Positions 56,712 through 64,000 of a stretch of DNA of 64,000 nucleotides are shown here, piece by piece. Location of the stretch: positions 89,921-153,920 of IMG/VR virus record IMGVR_UViG_3300025117_000031. One strand, 5' to 3'. The notes beneath the pieces are model-generated. The model searched no databases. It was not told the origin of the DNA and worked only from the letters and a program-made list of their open reading frames with translations. The translations under genes were made by a program, and so were the position numbers. This DNA comes from a virus. How positions within the stretch are numbered: position 1 is the stretch's first letter; every line of letters starts with the position of its first letter.

Positions 56712-58077
56712 GACTTAAACCACGAACTCCTTAGTTAACACGACTGCTGATAGACGAAACAACGAATTTACAAAAAAATCAACATATTTCACTTCGTGTG
56801 CTATATTTATAGTGTGCCGAAACGTCATTCTACAGCTTCCGACAAAAGCCTCATAACTATCCTCGGCCAACGCATTCGGCTGGATCTTAATAACGTCCAG
56901 ACAACCTTTTTCGAACGTTGCGCTGGAACTTCTCGTTTCGTTTATAATTGGGGATTGGACCGCTGGAAAGCTCAGTACGAGGCTGGTGGAAAACCGTCGT
57001 GGGTTAGTCTTAGCTCTGAACTGAATGCCTGTAAAACTACCGAATTTCCCTGGATGATCAAGCTGCCGTGGGCTGTTGCCGCAACGGCGTTGTCCAACCT
57101 CGGCAATGCTTTTTCCAACTTCTTTCGCCGTGTTAAATCTGGCCAAAAGCCCGGCTATCCCCGTTTCAAGTCGAAGAAACGGAACAAAATGTCCTTTGCT
57201 ATTGAAGGTCGAGCCCTTCGATTTGACGGCCGAAGAGTTAAGATTCCCAAGCTTGGTTGGGTCCGCACCCGACAAGAGATAAGATTCCCCGGCAAAATCT
57301 TGTCTGCTCACTTTATGAAACATGCCGGTCATTGGTACGTCTCGATCCAAGTTCAAGTCTCCGACTCCTGGTCCTATCCCAATCGCTGCGAAACCCAAGA
57401 AGCGGTTGGAGTGGACCTCGGGCTCCGAGACCTTGCCGTGCTTTCCACGGGAGAACGGGTCGAGGCTCCGCGCATTCTGCGTGCTCACGAAACTAGACTG
57501 CGACGATTCAACAAGGAAATGTCTCGTCGCGTCATAGGAGGAAGAAATTGGCAGAAGACTAAAATGAAGCTTGGTCGGCTGCATGAACGGATTTCCAACA
57601 TCCGCAAAGACGTAACACATAAGCTTACCACTCGGCTGGTCCAAGACTTTCGTCGGATTGGAATCGAGGACTTGAACGTCAAAGGAATGATGGCAAATCA
57701 CCATCTTGCAAAGTCGGTTGCAGATGCTGCCTTGTCGGAAATTAAGCGTCAGCTTACGTATAAAGCTCCGCTTGCCGGCAGTGAAATCATTGTTGCCGAC
57801 CGTTGGTTCCCTTCTTCCAAGTTGTGTTCCGACTGCGGAACGAGACGAGAAGGGCCGTTGCCTTTGTCCGTCCGAAAATGGGTTTGCGAGGCTTGCGGGG
57901 TTGTCCACGACCGAGACCTCAACGCAGCCATTAACCTTAGAACCGTCGCCCTGGCGGGGATAGCCTGCTGTCAAGAAAGCTCTGGCTCTGGCCTTACGGC
58001 CAGAACGAAACTTTCTCTTGGGCAGGAATCGAGCATTCATGTTAACTAAGGAGTTCATGGTTTAAGTCTCGAAGGGG
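56711..58077 (+). mobile_element. transposase-less IS607-like TnpB cassette, copy 2
   Basis: 30-bp inverted repeats at 56711-56740 and 58040-58069 (29/30 match); right end GAAGGGG shared with copy 1. Confidence 0.88.
56796..58049 (+). CDS. tnpB: RNA-guided endonuclease TnpB (IS607-like); true start may be GTG at 56814
   Basis: Intact GVDLG / IEDL / CSDC..CEAC / DRDLNAA; about 40 aa differences from copy 1 by hand alignment. Confidence 0.95.
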   Translation: MCYIYSVPKRHSTASDKSLITILGQRIRLDLNNVQTTFFERCAGTSRFVYNWGLDRWKAQYEAGGKPSWVSLSSELNACKTTEFPWMIKLPWAVAATALSNLGNAFSNFFRRVKSGQKPGYPRFKSKKRNKMSFAIEGRALRFDGRRVKIPKLGWVRTRQEIRFPGKILSAHFMKHAGHWYVSIQVQVSDSWSYPNRCETQEAVGVDLGLRDLAVLSTGERVEAPRILRAHETRLRRFNKEMSRRVIGGRNWQKTKMKLGRLHERISNIRKDVTHKLTTRLVQDFRRIGIEDLNVKGMMANHHLAKSVADAALSEIKRQLTYKAPLAGSEIIVADRWFPSSKLCSDCGTRREGPLPLSVRKWVCEACGVVHDRDLNAAINLRTVALAGIACCQESSGSGLTARTKLSLGQESSIHVN

Positions 58078-58097
58078 ATATGAAGTAGCAGATTGTA
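57900..58097 (+). ncRNA. putative omegaRNA of TnpB copy 2; guide about ATATGAAGTAGCAGATTGTA
   Basis: Position at tnpB 3' end/right end; 5' boundary uncertain. Confidence 0.55.
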
Positions 58098-58179
58098 GGT
58101 TTCTGTAGACAAACATCTTCCCAAATCTATAATAAAAACAAGAGCTTCTGCCTTCCTAGTTATAAAGAGGGCAAGAAAG

Positions 58180-58401
58180 ATGAAGAAGTTATTATTTGTT
58201 ATCTTGGCAACAATGCTGTTCGAGGGATGTCTGCCTGTCTGTTTCTTATATTGTCCTGCAGCCCCTGGACGTTGGACATACGTCGGCTGTCTTCCTCCCG
58301 GAGGTAGTTTAACGTTGCCTGCAACAGAGCAAACAGAAGAGCAGACAAAAGAAACGCAGAGACAAGAAAAACAAAAACAAGTCGTTCCTTCTGCTTTCTA
58401 A
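58180..58401 (+). CDS. small Cys-rich putative lipoprotein
   Basis: MKKLLFVILATMLFEGC signal with lipobox-like Cys. Confidence 0.55.
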   Translation: MKKLLFVILATMLFEGCLPVCFLYCPAAPGRWTYVGCLPPGGSLTLPATEQTEEQTKETQRQEKQKQVVPSAF

Positions 58402-58449
58402 GAAAAACCGATATTATTAGCCTAATTATGAGAGAGAACATCCTCTTTT

Positions 58450-59040
58450 ATGGAGATTTATAAAAACATGATTAGAACATTGAAAGAACAAACAAAGAAG
58501 TTATTCTGGGTTATAACAACTTTCTTAATTGCTTCTCCCGCATTAGCTTCCGAGAGCTTATGGGGAAACGAGAAATTAAGAGAAAGTTTAATGAATTTTG
58601 CTGCAGACAGCATTGTTGTAGCATCTCCGTTAATCTTGGGTATTTTGACAGTTCTTTTAACTCGTCTTATGCAGTATCTTTCGACTAAGACGAAAAATGA
58701 AAAAGTCAAAGGAGCCTTTGAGAAAGTAGATGATCTTTTAATGAATGCTGTTTCATATACTTCTGCGACCTACACACAAAAATTAATTGATGCAAGACAG
58801 CCCGACTCTCCTGGAGGCGTGAATTTAACAAAAGAAGAGCAAGAAGAGGCAATGAGAATAACTCTAGAAGCCTTCAAGACACATGCTGGTACGAAGGGGC
58901 TAAAAGATATTTATTCTGTCTTGGGATTAACCCCTGAGCAAGCAGACGACGCCCTTAAAATCAGGGCAGAGGCCATTCTTAACGAGCAAAATATTCAGAA
59001 AAAAGCTCTTTTCGCAAGACATAATGCAGAAAATGATTAG
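58450..59040 (+). CDS. holin-like membrane protein
   Basis: Hydrophobic helices followed by helical tail (AV.Y...TY...L...LT.EE..EA), resembling LL-H-type holins. Confidence 0.45.
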   Translation: MEIYKNMIRTLKEQTKKLFWVITTFLIASPALASESLWGNEKLRESLMNFAADSIVVASPLILGILTVLLTRLMQYLSTKTKNEKVKGAFEKVDDLLMNAVSYTSATYTQKLIDARQPDSPGGVNLTKEEQEEAMRITLEAFKTHAGTKGLKDIYSVLGLTPEQADDALKIRAEAILNEQNIQKKALFARHNAEND

Positions 59041-59124
59041 TTCAAGTGTTTTTTCTAATAAATCATAATAATTAATACTAGTTATTGTGGTTATTCCTCT
59101 TTAAGGATACTGAGGAGATAAAGT

Positions 59125-60288
59125 ATGAGCAAACTTCTAAAAGAAGCCCTAATAGATGCGAAAGCGATTAAAGATGCGGCTTTGAAATCTGCTGAAAACA
59201 TGATTCTGGAGAGATTTTCTCCAGACGTGAAACGAGAAGTAGAAAAACTTCTAAACGAAGAGATAAAGGCAACAGAAGAGACTCCGAGTCCTGTTTCTTT
59301 TAATTCTTTGGATGACGGCCCGACTTCCGAGAAGGATACCTTTTCTGATGTTCCTTCGGCCGTTGCTGATGGCGAACGCCTCTGCCGTTGCCCAGACGAG
59401 GAAGAAGAAATCGAAATTAATCTTCCCGAATTAGCAAAACAGGTGGGAGGTGATCTACAAGAAATGGAATCCGACTTGGGCTTAGATATGCCCATGGGCG
59501 GTGACGAGGCTTCGCCTTTAGATAATGAGCTTCCTCCTCCGGAAGATGGTGAGGAAGAAGAACTAATAAAAGAACTGCTTCAAAACGAAGATATCGTTGG
59601 AATGATTGAAACGGAATTAGATTCCGAAGTTGAAGAAAACGAAGAGACAAGAGACGAGCTGTCAAAAGAAAAGAAATTGGAAGTTGATGTTGAAAAAACT
59701 TATCAACCTCTTGGTCATATGGGCGGCGCAAACGTGTCTGATAAAAAAGGCGAACTTGCTCGTCATGCGGCAGGAAAGTCGGACGATACACAACAGGATA
59801 AAGAAGAGGAAGAAGAAATTAAAGAAAACAAACAGTTAAAAGAGTCTCTAAGCAAGAACTCTGTTCTGACCGAAAAACTGGCCAAGACAGAAAAAGAAAA
59901 TAAGAAGCTTAAAGATAAATTCCTTGCCCTTGAGTCTTTAACAAAGAAGATTGCGGACAAGGCAGAAGAAATTAATTTGAGAAACGCAAAGTTAACATAT
60001 GAGAATAAGGTTCTAACAGACAAATCTCTAAATGAGAAGCAAAGAGTGCAAATTGCTGAAAGTCTGCAAAGAACAAAGTCTGTGCAAGAAGTAAAGACTG
60101 TGTTTGAGACGCTTACAAGTGCAGTGAATTCTATGTCCGAGAAGACAAAAGAAATTAAATCACTGAACGAAGCAGTAAATTCAAATACAGCTCGTGTAAT
60201 TCAAGCTAGACAAGAGTCTGATGTCATTTCTGAAACAGTAAAGAGAAGAATGCAACGTCTTGCTGGCATATCTTCCAAGGATGAATAA
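59125..60288 (+). CDS. prohead core/scaffolding protein (gp22-like position)
   Basis: MSKLLKEALIDAK; acidic, coiled coil; RMQRLAGI C-terminus; directly upstream of the capsid gene. Confidence 0.8.
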   Translation: MSKLLKEALIDAKAIKDAALKSAENMILERFSPDVKREVEKLLNEEIKATEETPSPVSFNSLDDGPTSEKDTFSDVPSAVADGERLCRCPDEEEEIEINLPELAKQVGGDLQEMESDLGLDMPMGGDEASPLDNELPPPEDGEEEELIKELLQNEDIVGMIETELDSEVEENEETRDELSKEKKLEVDVEKTYQPLGHMGGANVSDKKGELARHAAGKSDDTQQDKEEEEEIKENKQLKESLSKNSVLTEKLAKTEKENKKLKDKFLALESLTKKIADKAEEINLRNAKLTYENKVLTDKSLNEKQRVQIAESLQRTKSVQEVKTVFETLTSAVNSMSEKTKEIKSLNEAVNSNTARVIQARQESDVISETVKRRMQRLAGISSKDE

Positions 60289-60332
60289 AAAGGGCAAGAG
60301 AAGATAAATAAAAAAGGAGATTTTAAATAATC

Positions 60333-62033
60333 ATGGGTATTCTACAAAAACTAACTGAAGGTATTGTGAAAAGAGATTTTCGCAAAGAAACCTCAGCTCT
60401 AGTTCAAAAATGGGAAAAGATCGGTCTTCTGGAAGGTCTCTCTGGTATTAAAAGAGATAACCTAGTTGTTCTGTTAGAGAACGAAGCAAAAGAACTTCTG
60501 CGCGAAGCAACCACAATGGAAGCCGGTGCAGTTGAAGGTTTTGCCGCTGTTGCGTTCCCCCTGGTCCGCAGAGTGTTTGGTGAGCTGATTGCCCAAGACC
60601 TGGTGTCTGTGCAACCGATGTCGCTGCCTGCTGGTCTGATCTTCTTCATGGATTTCGTTCGTAATGCAGCTCGTGGTCCTTTCGCTGCTAGCGAGTCAAT
60701 CTATGGTGGTGGTGTGACTGGTTCTGGTATCGCGTCTGGTATTTCTCTTACTAGCTCTTCGGCTGAAACTGGTTATTTCAATCTGTCTCAAGGTTATTCA
60801 AAGGCCACTGGTAGCACAATCGTTGCGTCGTCTTCGTTTACCTATAGCGCTCCGATTACTCTGTCCACCGGCTCTACGAATATGACCGATGCAAACAAAT
60901 TAATCTTCCGTTTTGACGCTGACCTACTGTCTGAAGGCGACGATGCAAATACTGCTGGTACAAATCTTTATCTGCACAAAATCACTGTTAATCCTTCAAG
61001 TTCTTGGGACACTCAATTTGACGTGAACAGTCTTATGGCCGTCAATGCGACTGGTTTCACTAGCTCTTGGAACAACAGACTGATCCGCAGACTAACTGAT
61101 TATACAAGCGGTGTTCTTTCTTTATTTGTTGTGTCTGATAACGGAACTGGTGTTGTGGGTGCAAGTGCCAATATTACTATTACCTTCCCTGTGACCGATA
61201 CACTGGCTGCTGGTACAAGCCTGGGCTCTATCGTTGGTAGCAACTACTGGCCTCTAGAGAACGAGACTGATATTCCTGAGCTGAATATCAAAGTAAATTC
61301 TCTGCCCATCGTTGCCGGCTCTCGTAAGCTGAAAGCAAAGTGGACCCCCGAGCTAGAGCAGGATCTAGGCGCGTTCCACAATGTTGATCCCGAAGTTGAG
61401 CTGACTGGCATTATGTCCGAAACCGTTGCTCTAGACATCGACCAGGAAATCCTGGGCGAGCTGATCAAAGGTGGAACCGCTGGCAAACTTTACTGGAGTC
61501 GTAGACCTGGTAAGTTCGTAAACCGTCTGACTGGTGCTGATATTACTTCCAATGGTGCGAATCTGCCCGACTTCACTGGCAACGTAAGCCAATGGTATGA
61601 GACTCTTGTCGAGACCATGAACGACCTGAGCGCTGATATCCATCGCAAGACGCTGCGAGGCGGTGCGACCTTCGTTGTGACTTCACCTGAAATCGCCAAC
61701 ATCCTTGAGTTCACTGCTGGCTTCCGTGCAGACGTGACTGGTGATGCTGAGAAGGGTTCCGTGGGGACTTATAAGAACGGCTCAATCAACAAAAAGTGGG
61801 ACATCTATGTTGATCCGTACTTCCCCCGCAATGTGATTCTGATGGGTCGTAAGGGTAAAGGCTTCTTGGAGTCGGGGTTTTGTTACGCGCCGTACGTCCC
61901 CCTTGAGATGACCCCTGTGATCCTCGACCCGGATGACTTCACTCCTCGTCGCGGCTGTCTGACCCGATACGCTAAGAAGATGGTAAGGTCAGATATGTAT
62001 GGTCTTGTAATTGTTACGGATTTGGAAGGCTAG
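60333..62033 (+). CDS. major capsid protein (T4 gp23-like)
   Basis: KW...GLLEG; AFPLVRRVF..LIA.DLVSVQPM..P.GLIF; RKLKA.WT.E..QDL; YAPYVPL; F.PR.G..TRY. Confidence 0.96.
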   Translation: MGILQKLTEGIVKRDFRKETSALVQKWEKIGLLEGLSGIKRDNLVVLLENEAKELLREATTMEAGAVEGFAAVAFPLVRRVFGELIAQDLVSVQPMSLPAGLIFFMDFVRNAARGPFAASESIYGGGVTGSGIASGISLTSSSAETGYFNLSQGYSKATGSTIVASSSFTYSAPITLSTGSTNMTDANKLIFRFDADLLSEGDDANTAGTNLYLHKITVNPSSSWDTQFDVNSLMAVNATGFTSSWNNRLIRRLTDYTSGVLSLFVVSDNGTGVVGASANITITFPVTDTLAAGTSLGSIVGSNYWPLENETDIPELNIKVNSLPIVAGSRKLKAKWTPELEQDLGAFHNVDPEVELTGIMSETVALDIDQEILGELIKGGTAGKLYWSRRPGKFVNRLTGADITSNGANLPDFTGNVSQWYETLVETMNDLSADIHRKTLRGGATFVVTSPEIANILEFTAGFRADVTGDAEKGSVGTYKNGSINKKWDIYVDPYFPRNVILMGRKGKGFLESGFCYAPYVPLEMTPVILDPDDFTPRRGCLTRYAKKMVRSDMYGLVIVTDLEG

Positions 62034-62065
62034 TCCTTCGGCCTTATCTAAAACTTTAAGTTTTG

Positions 62066-62090
62066 GCCCCGGTGAAAACCGGGGCTTTTT
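62066..62090 (+). terminator. rho-independent terminator
   Basis: GCCCCGGT-GAAA-ACCGGGGC followed by TTTTT, just after the capsid gene. Confidence 0.9.
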
Positions 62091-62187
62091 ATTTCATAAA
62101 TCCTCTTTTTCTTGTCCTCGTCGATTTCTTGCACAAATATTTCCCATATATGCTATTTAGAGAAAGGCTTTGCGCCGAGGAGAAAAC

Positions 62188-63030
62188 ATGGAAACAAAAA
62201 AATGCCCCAGATGTCTACAAGACAAACCAATCACAGAGTTTCACAAATGCAAGACTAAAGCGAGAGGACTTTATACGATTTGTAAAGACTGCAGCTCTAT
62301 AGAAAGCGCCAAACAACACCAAGCGTACAAAGAAAAGAATCAAAATAGAGAAATAGATTTAACAGCAATAAAAAAATGTTCTTCTTGTGGAGAAGAGAAG
62401 ACTTTAGAGAATTTTTACAAGGAATCTTCTACGAGAGACGGAGTTAGTTCTTTGTGTAAGGTTTGTAAGGAAGAACAAAGAAGAAAAAGAGCACTTTTAA
62501 AGCTTTCTTCCCCAACTATAAAAAATCCCGAAGAATTAAAAAGATGTTCAAAATGTGGTACGCTAAAATCACAAACAGAATATACAATTTGTAACTCTAC
62601 AGGAGATGGGTTAAATTATAGGTGTAAAGAGTGCCAAAACAACTATGCAAAAAAGAACAGAGAAAGAATTAATAAAAGAATAATGGAAAGATATCGCACA
62701 GAACCAGCATTTAAAATTACTCATTTAATTAGAGGTCGGTTTAGGAAAATCATTGCTCGTTACAAATGTGGGTCAAAAATCAAAACAGAGAATACGAAAT
62801 ATTATTTTGGCTGCTCGGTTGAAGAGCTTATTTTATGGATTGAGTCTCAGTTCAAGCCAGGGATGACGTGGGATAATCATGGGCTATGGCATGTGGACCA
62901 TATAATGCCGTTGTCTTCTTTTGATTTTACGAAGCCAGGACAATTAGAAAAAGCTTGGAATTGGAAGAACTTGCAACCGTTATGGGCAGAGGAAAATCTT
63001 AAAAAGGGAGATAGAGTATTTTCCTCTTGA
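62188..63030 (+). CDS. HNH homing-type endonuclease with three N-terminal Zn-finger repeats
   Basis: K.C..C...K....F/Y.........CK.C x3; WHVDHIMPL...NLQPLWAEENLKK. Confidence 0.88.
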   Translation: METKKCPRCLQDKPITEFHKCKTKARGLYTICKDCSSIESAKQHQAYKEKNQNREIDLTAIKKCSSCGEEKTLENFYKESSTRDGVSSLCKVCKEEQRRKRALLKLSSPTIKNPEELKRCSKCGTLKSQTEYTICNSTGDGLNYRCKECQNNYAKKNRERINKRIMERYRTEPAFKITHLIRGRFRKIIARYKCGSKIKTENTKYYFGCSVEELILWIESQFKPGMTWDNHGLWHVDHIMPLSSFDFTKPGQLEKAWNWKNLQPLWAEENLKKGDRVFSS

Positions 63031-63054
63031 CTTCTTTGTTTTTTATGATATTGT
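63027..63054 (+). promoter_or_regulatory. putative sigma70 promoter TTGACT-N16-TATTGT with extended -10 TG
   Basis: Ends 6 nt before ATG 63061. Confidence 0.45.
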
Positions 63055-63060
63055 GCCCTT

Positions 63061-63582
63061 ATGACATATTTAACAGAATCTACTTTGGGAAATATTCTTG
63101 AGAATATATTCGGACAGCCCTTCATTCACAACAAAGCTTTTTCTAAAGAACATAAATTCAGACCAGACTATAGAAATGACGATTTAAAGCTTATTGTTGA
63201 ATTTGATGGGTTTCGTCATTACAACGACGTTTCTGTGATTATAAAAGATGAAAAGAAAGATGAGGTTTATAAAGAACATGGATATAAAGTCGTAAGAATT
63301 CCGTATTTCGTTCAGCTTGAGACAAGAACAATTAATTTTTTCTTCTCTCGGCAACATGTTCTTGAGCAGAAGTTTCCTCATGGATTTATTTCCAAGGAAG
63401 CTCTTTTGCCTGCCAATTTTTGTCAAATGGGGACGGAAAGGTTTATAGAAGAAATAACTTCATACCCTTCTTGGCTTATCTATGAGATTTGCACGTCTTT
63501 GGAAAAAAAGATAGAAGAATTAGGGGACGAAAGATATGTTCTTTCTTCTGCCGTTGACCTTGAATATTCTCTCTTAATCTAG
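63061..63582 (+). CDS. PD-(D/E)XK endonuclease (DUF559/Vsr-like)
   Basis: RPDY...LIVEFDG..HY......D..KD......GYKVVRIPY. Confidence 0.8.
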   Translation: MTYLTESTLGNILENIFGQPFIHNKAFSKEHKFRPDYRNDDLKLIVEFDGFRHYNDVSVIIKDEKKDEVYKEHGYKVVRIPYFVQLETRTINFFFSRQHVLEQKFPHGFISKEALLPANFCQMGTERFIEEITSYPSWLIYEICTSLEKKIEELGDERYVLSSAVDLEYSLLI

Positions 63583-63591
63583 GAGCACAAA

Positions 63592-63879
63592 ATGACGCAG
63601 AAATATAAAGAAAAGATTGTGGTGAAAGAAGTTAAAAAAGTTATTGAACATTCTTTTGTTTGCAACAAGTGCGGATATGAAGCTTCTTTGCTTCAAGGAG
63701 AAAAAGAGACAATTAGACAAAACATATCTAAGAGAGCAAAGATTAAGGAAAGCTTCTTTTATTTTTTTGTGTCTGGCGGATATTATTCAACATTTCCGCA
63801 AGACGGACAGGAAATAGAATTTCATCTTTGTTCCGACTGTTTAAAGCAGCTTATTGATTCTTTTGAAGTTCCCGCTTGA
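63592..63879 (+). CDS. small Zn-ribbon protein
   Basis: CNKC ... LCSDC; AGGAG RBS. Confidence 0.7.
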   Translation: MTQKYKEKIVVKEVKKVIEHSFVCNKCGYEASLLQGEKETIRQNISKRAKIKESFFYFFVSGGYYSTFPQDGQEIEFHLCSDCLKQLIDSFEVPA

Positions 63880-63904
63880 CATCTTCTTTTATTTTTGTTA
63901 TCCT
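63876..63904 (+). promoter_or_regulatory. sigma70 promoter TTGACA-N17-TATCCT with extended -10 TG
   Basis: Perfect -35, 17-bp spacer; ATG at 63913. Confidence 0.65.
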
Positions 63905-63912
63905 CGGCCGAA

Positions 63913-64000
63913 ATGGAAAGAGAACAAAACAGAGGAGAGCGGCTTTTTTGGGAGCTTTGCAATAAAGGCAAAGACAAGGAAGCGGCTTTAATTCTGTCGA
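63913..64000 (+). CDS. 3'-truncated hypothetical protein
   Basis: MEREQNRGERLFWELCNKG... open to the window end. Confidence 0.45.
   Translation, partial: MEREQNRGERLFWELCNKGKDKEAALILS

Noticed and set aside
56711-56765. The 30-bp repeat plus variable stretch as a CRISPR array
   Set aside because: Only one copy per side, in inverted orientation; no direct repeat-spacer-repeat series seen.
62026-62045. CUUCGG hairpin at the end of the capsid gene as an ncRNA
   Set aside because: Too short; at most an mRNA-stabilising stem before the true terminator.
1124-63426. Numerous short minus-strand and nested ORFs in the track
   Set aside because: They overlap longer, motif-supported plus-strand genes and show no RBS or recognisable domains.
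1-64000. tRNA, rRNA, introns or inteins in terminase, portal, primase or capsid genes
   Set aside because: Intergenic gaps are short with no cloverleaf seen; these proteins have ordinary lengths and no intein motifs that I could see.

Overview
A 64-kb, almost entirely plus-strand segment of a large, uncultured-type T4-like myovirus. From left to right it holds: (1) baseplate and tail genes (gp25-like, gp6-like, a 3723-aa LamG/FG-GAP virion protein); (2) a block of probable head-packaged proteins including an N4BP2-like P-loop kinase, a CCA-adding enzyme and an ADP-ribosyltransferase-fold protein; (3) RuvC-like resolvase, primase and a fused Mre11-Rad50 (SbcD-SbcC); (4) the head module (large terminase, portal, prohead protease, scaffold, major capsid protein) with a ribosomal protein bS21 homologue; (5) an accessory island of envelope-targeted proteins including a tri-heme c-type cytochrome; (6) HNH and PD-(D/E)XK nucleases. 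Two about 90%-identical, catalytically intact, transposase-less IS607-like TnpB cassettes sit in opposite orientations (5751-7130 and 56711-58077), each bracketed by about 30-bp inverted repeats. The best candidates for new biology are this IR-flanked TnpB cassette, the phage multiheme cytochrome island, and a possibly virion-delivered tRNA-repair/NAD-enzyme set. All calls come from motif recognition by eye; no database search was run.
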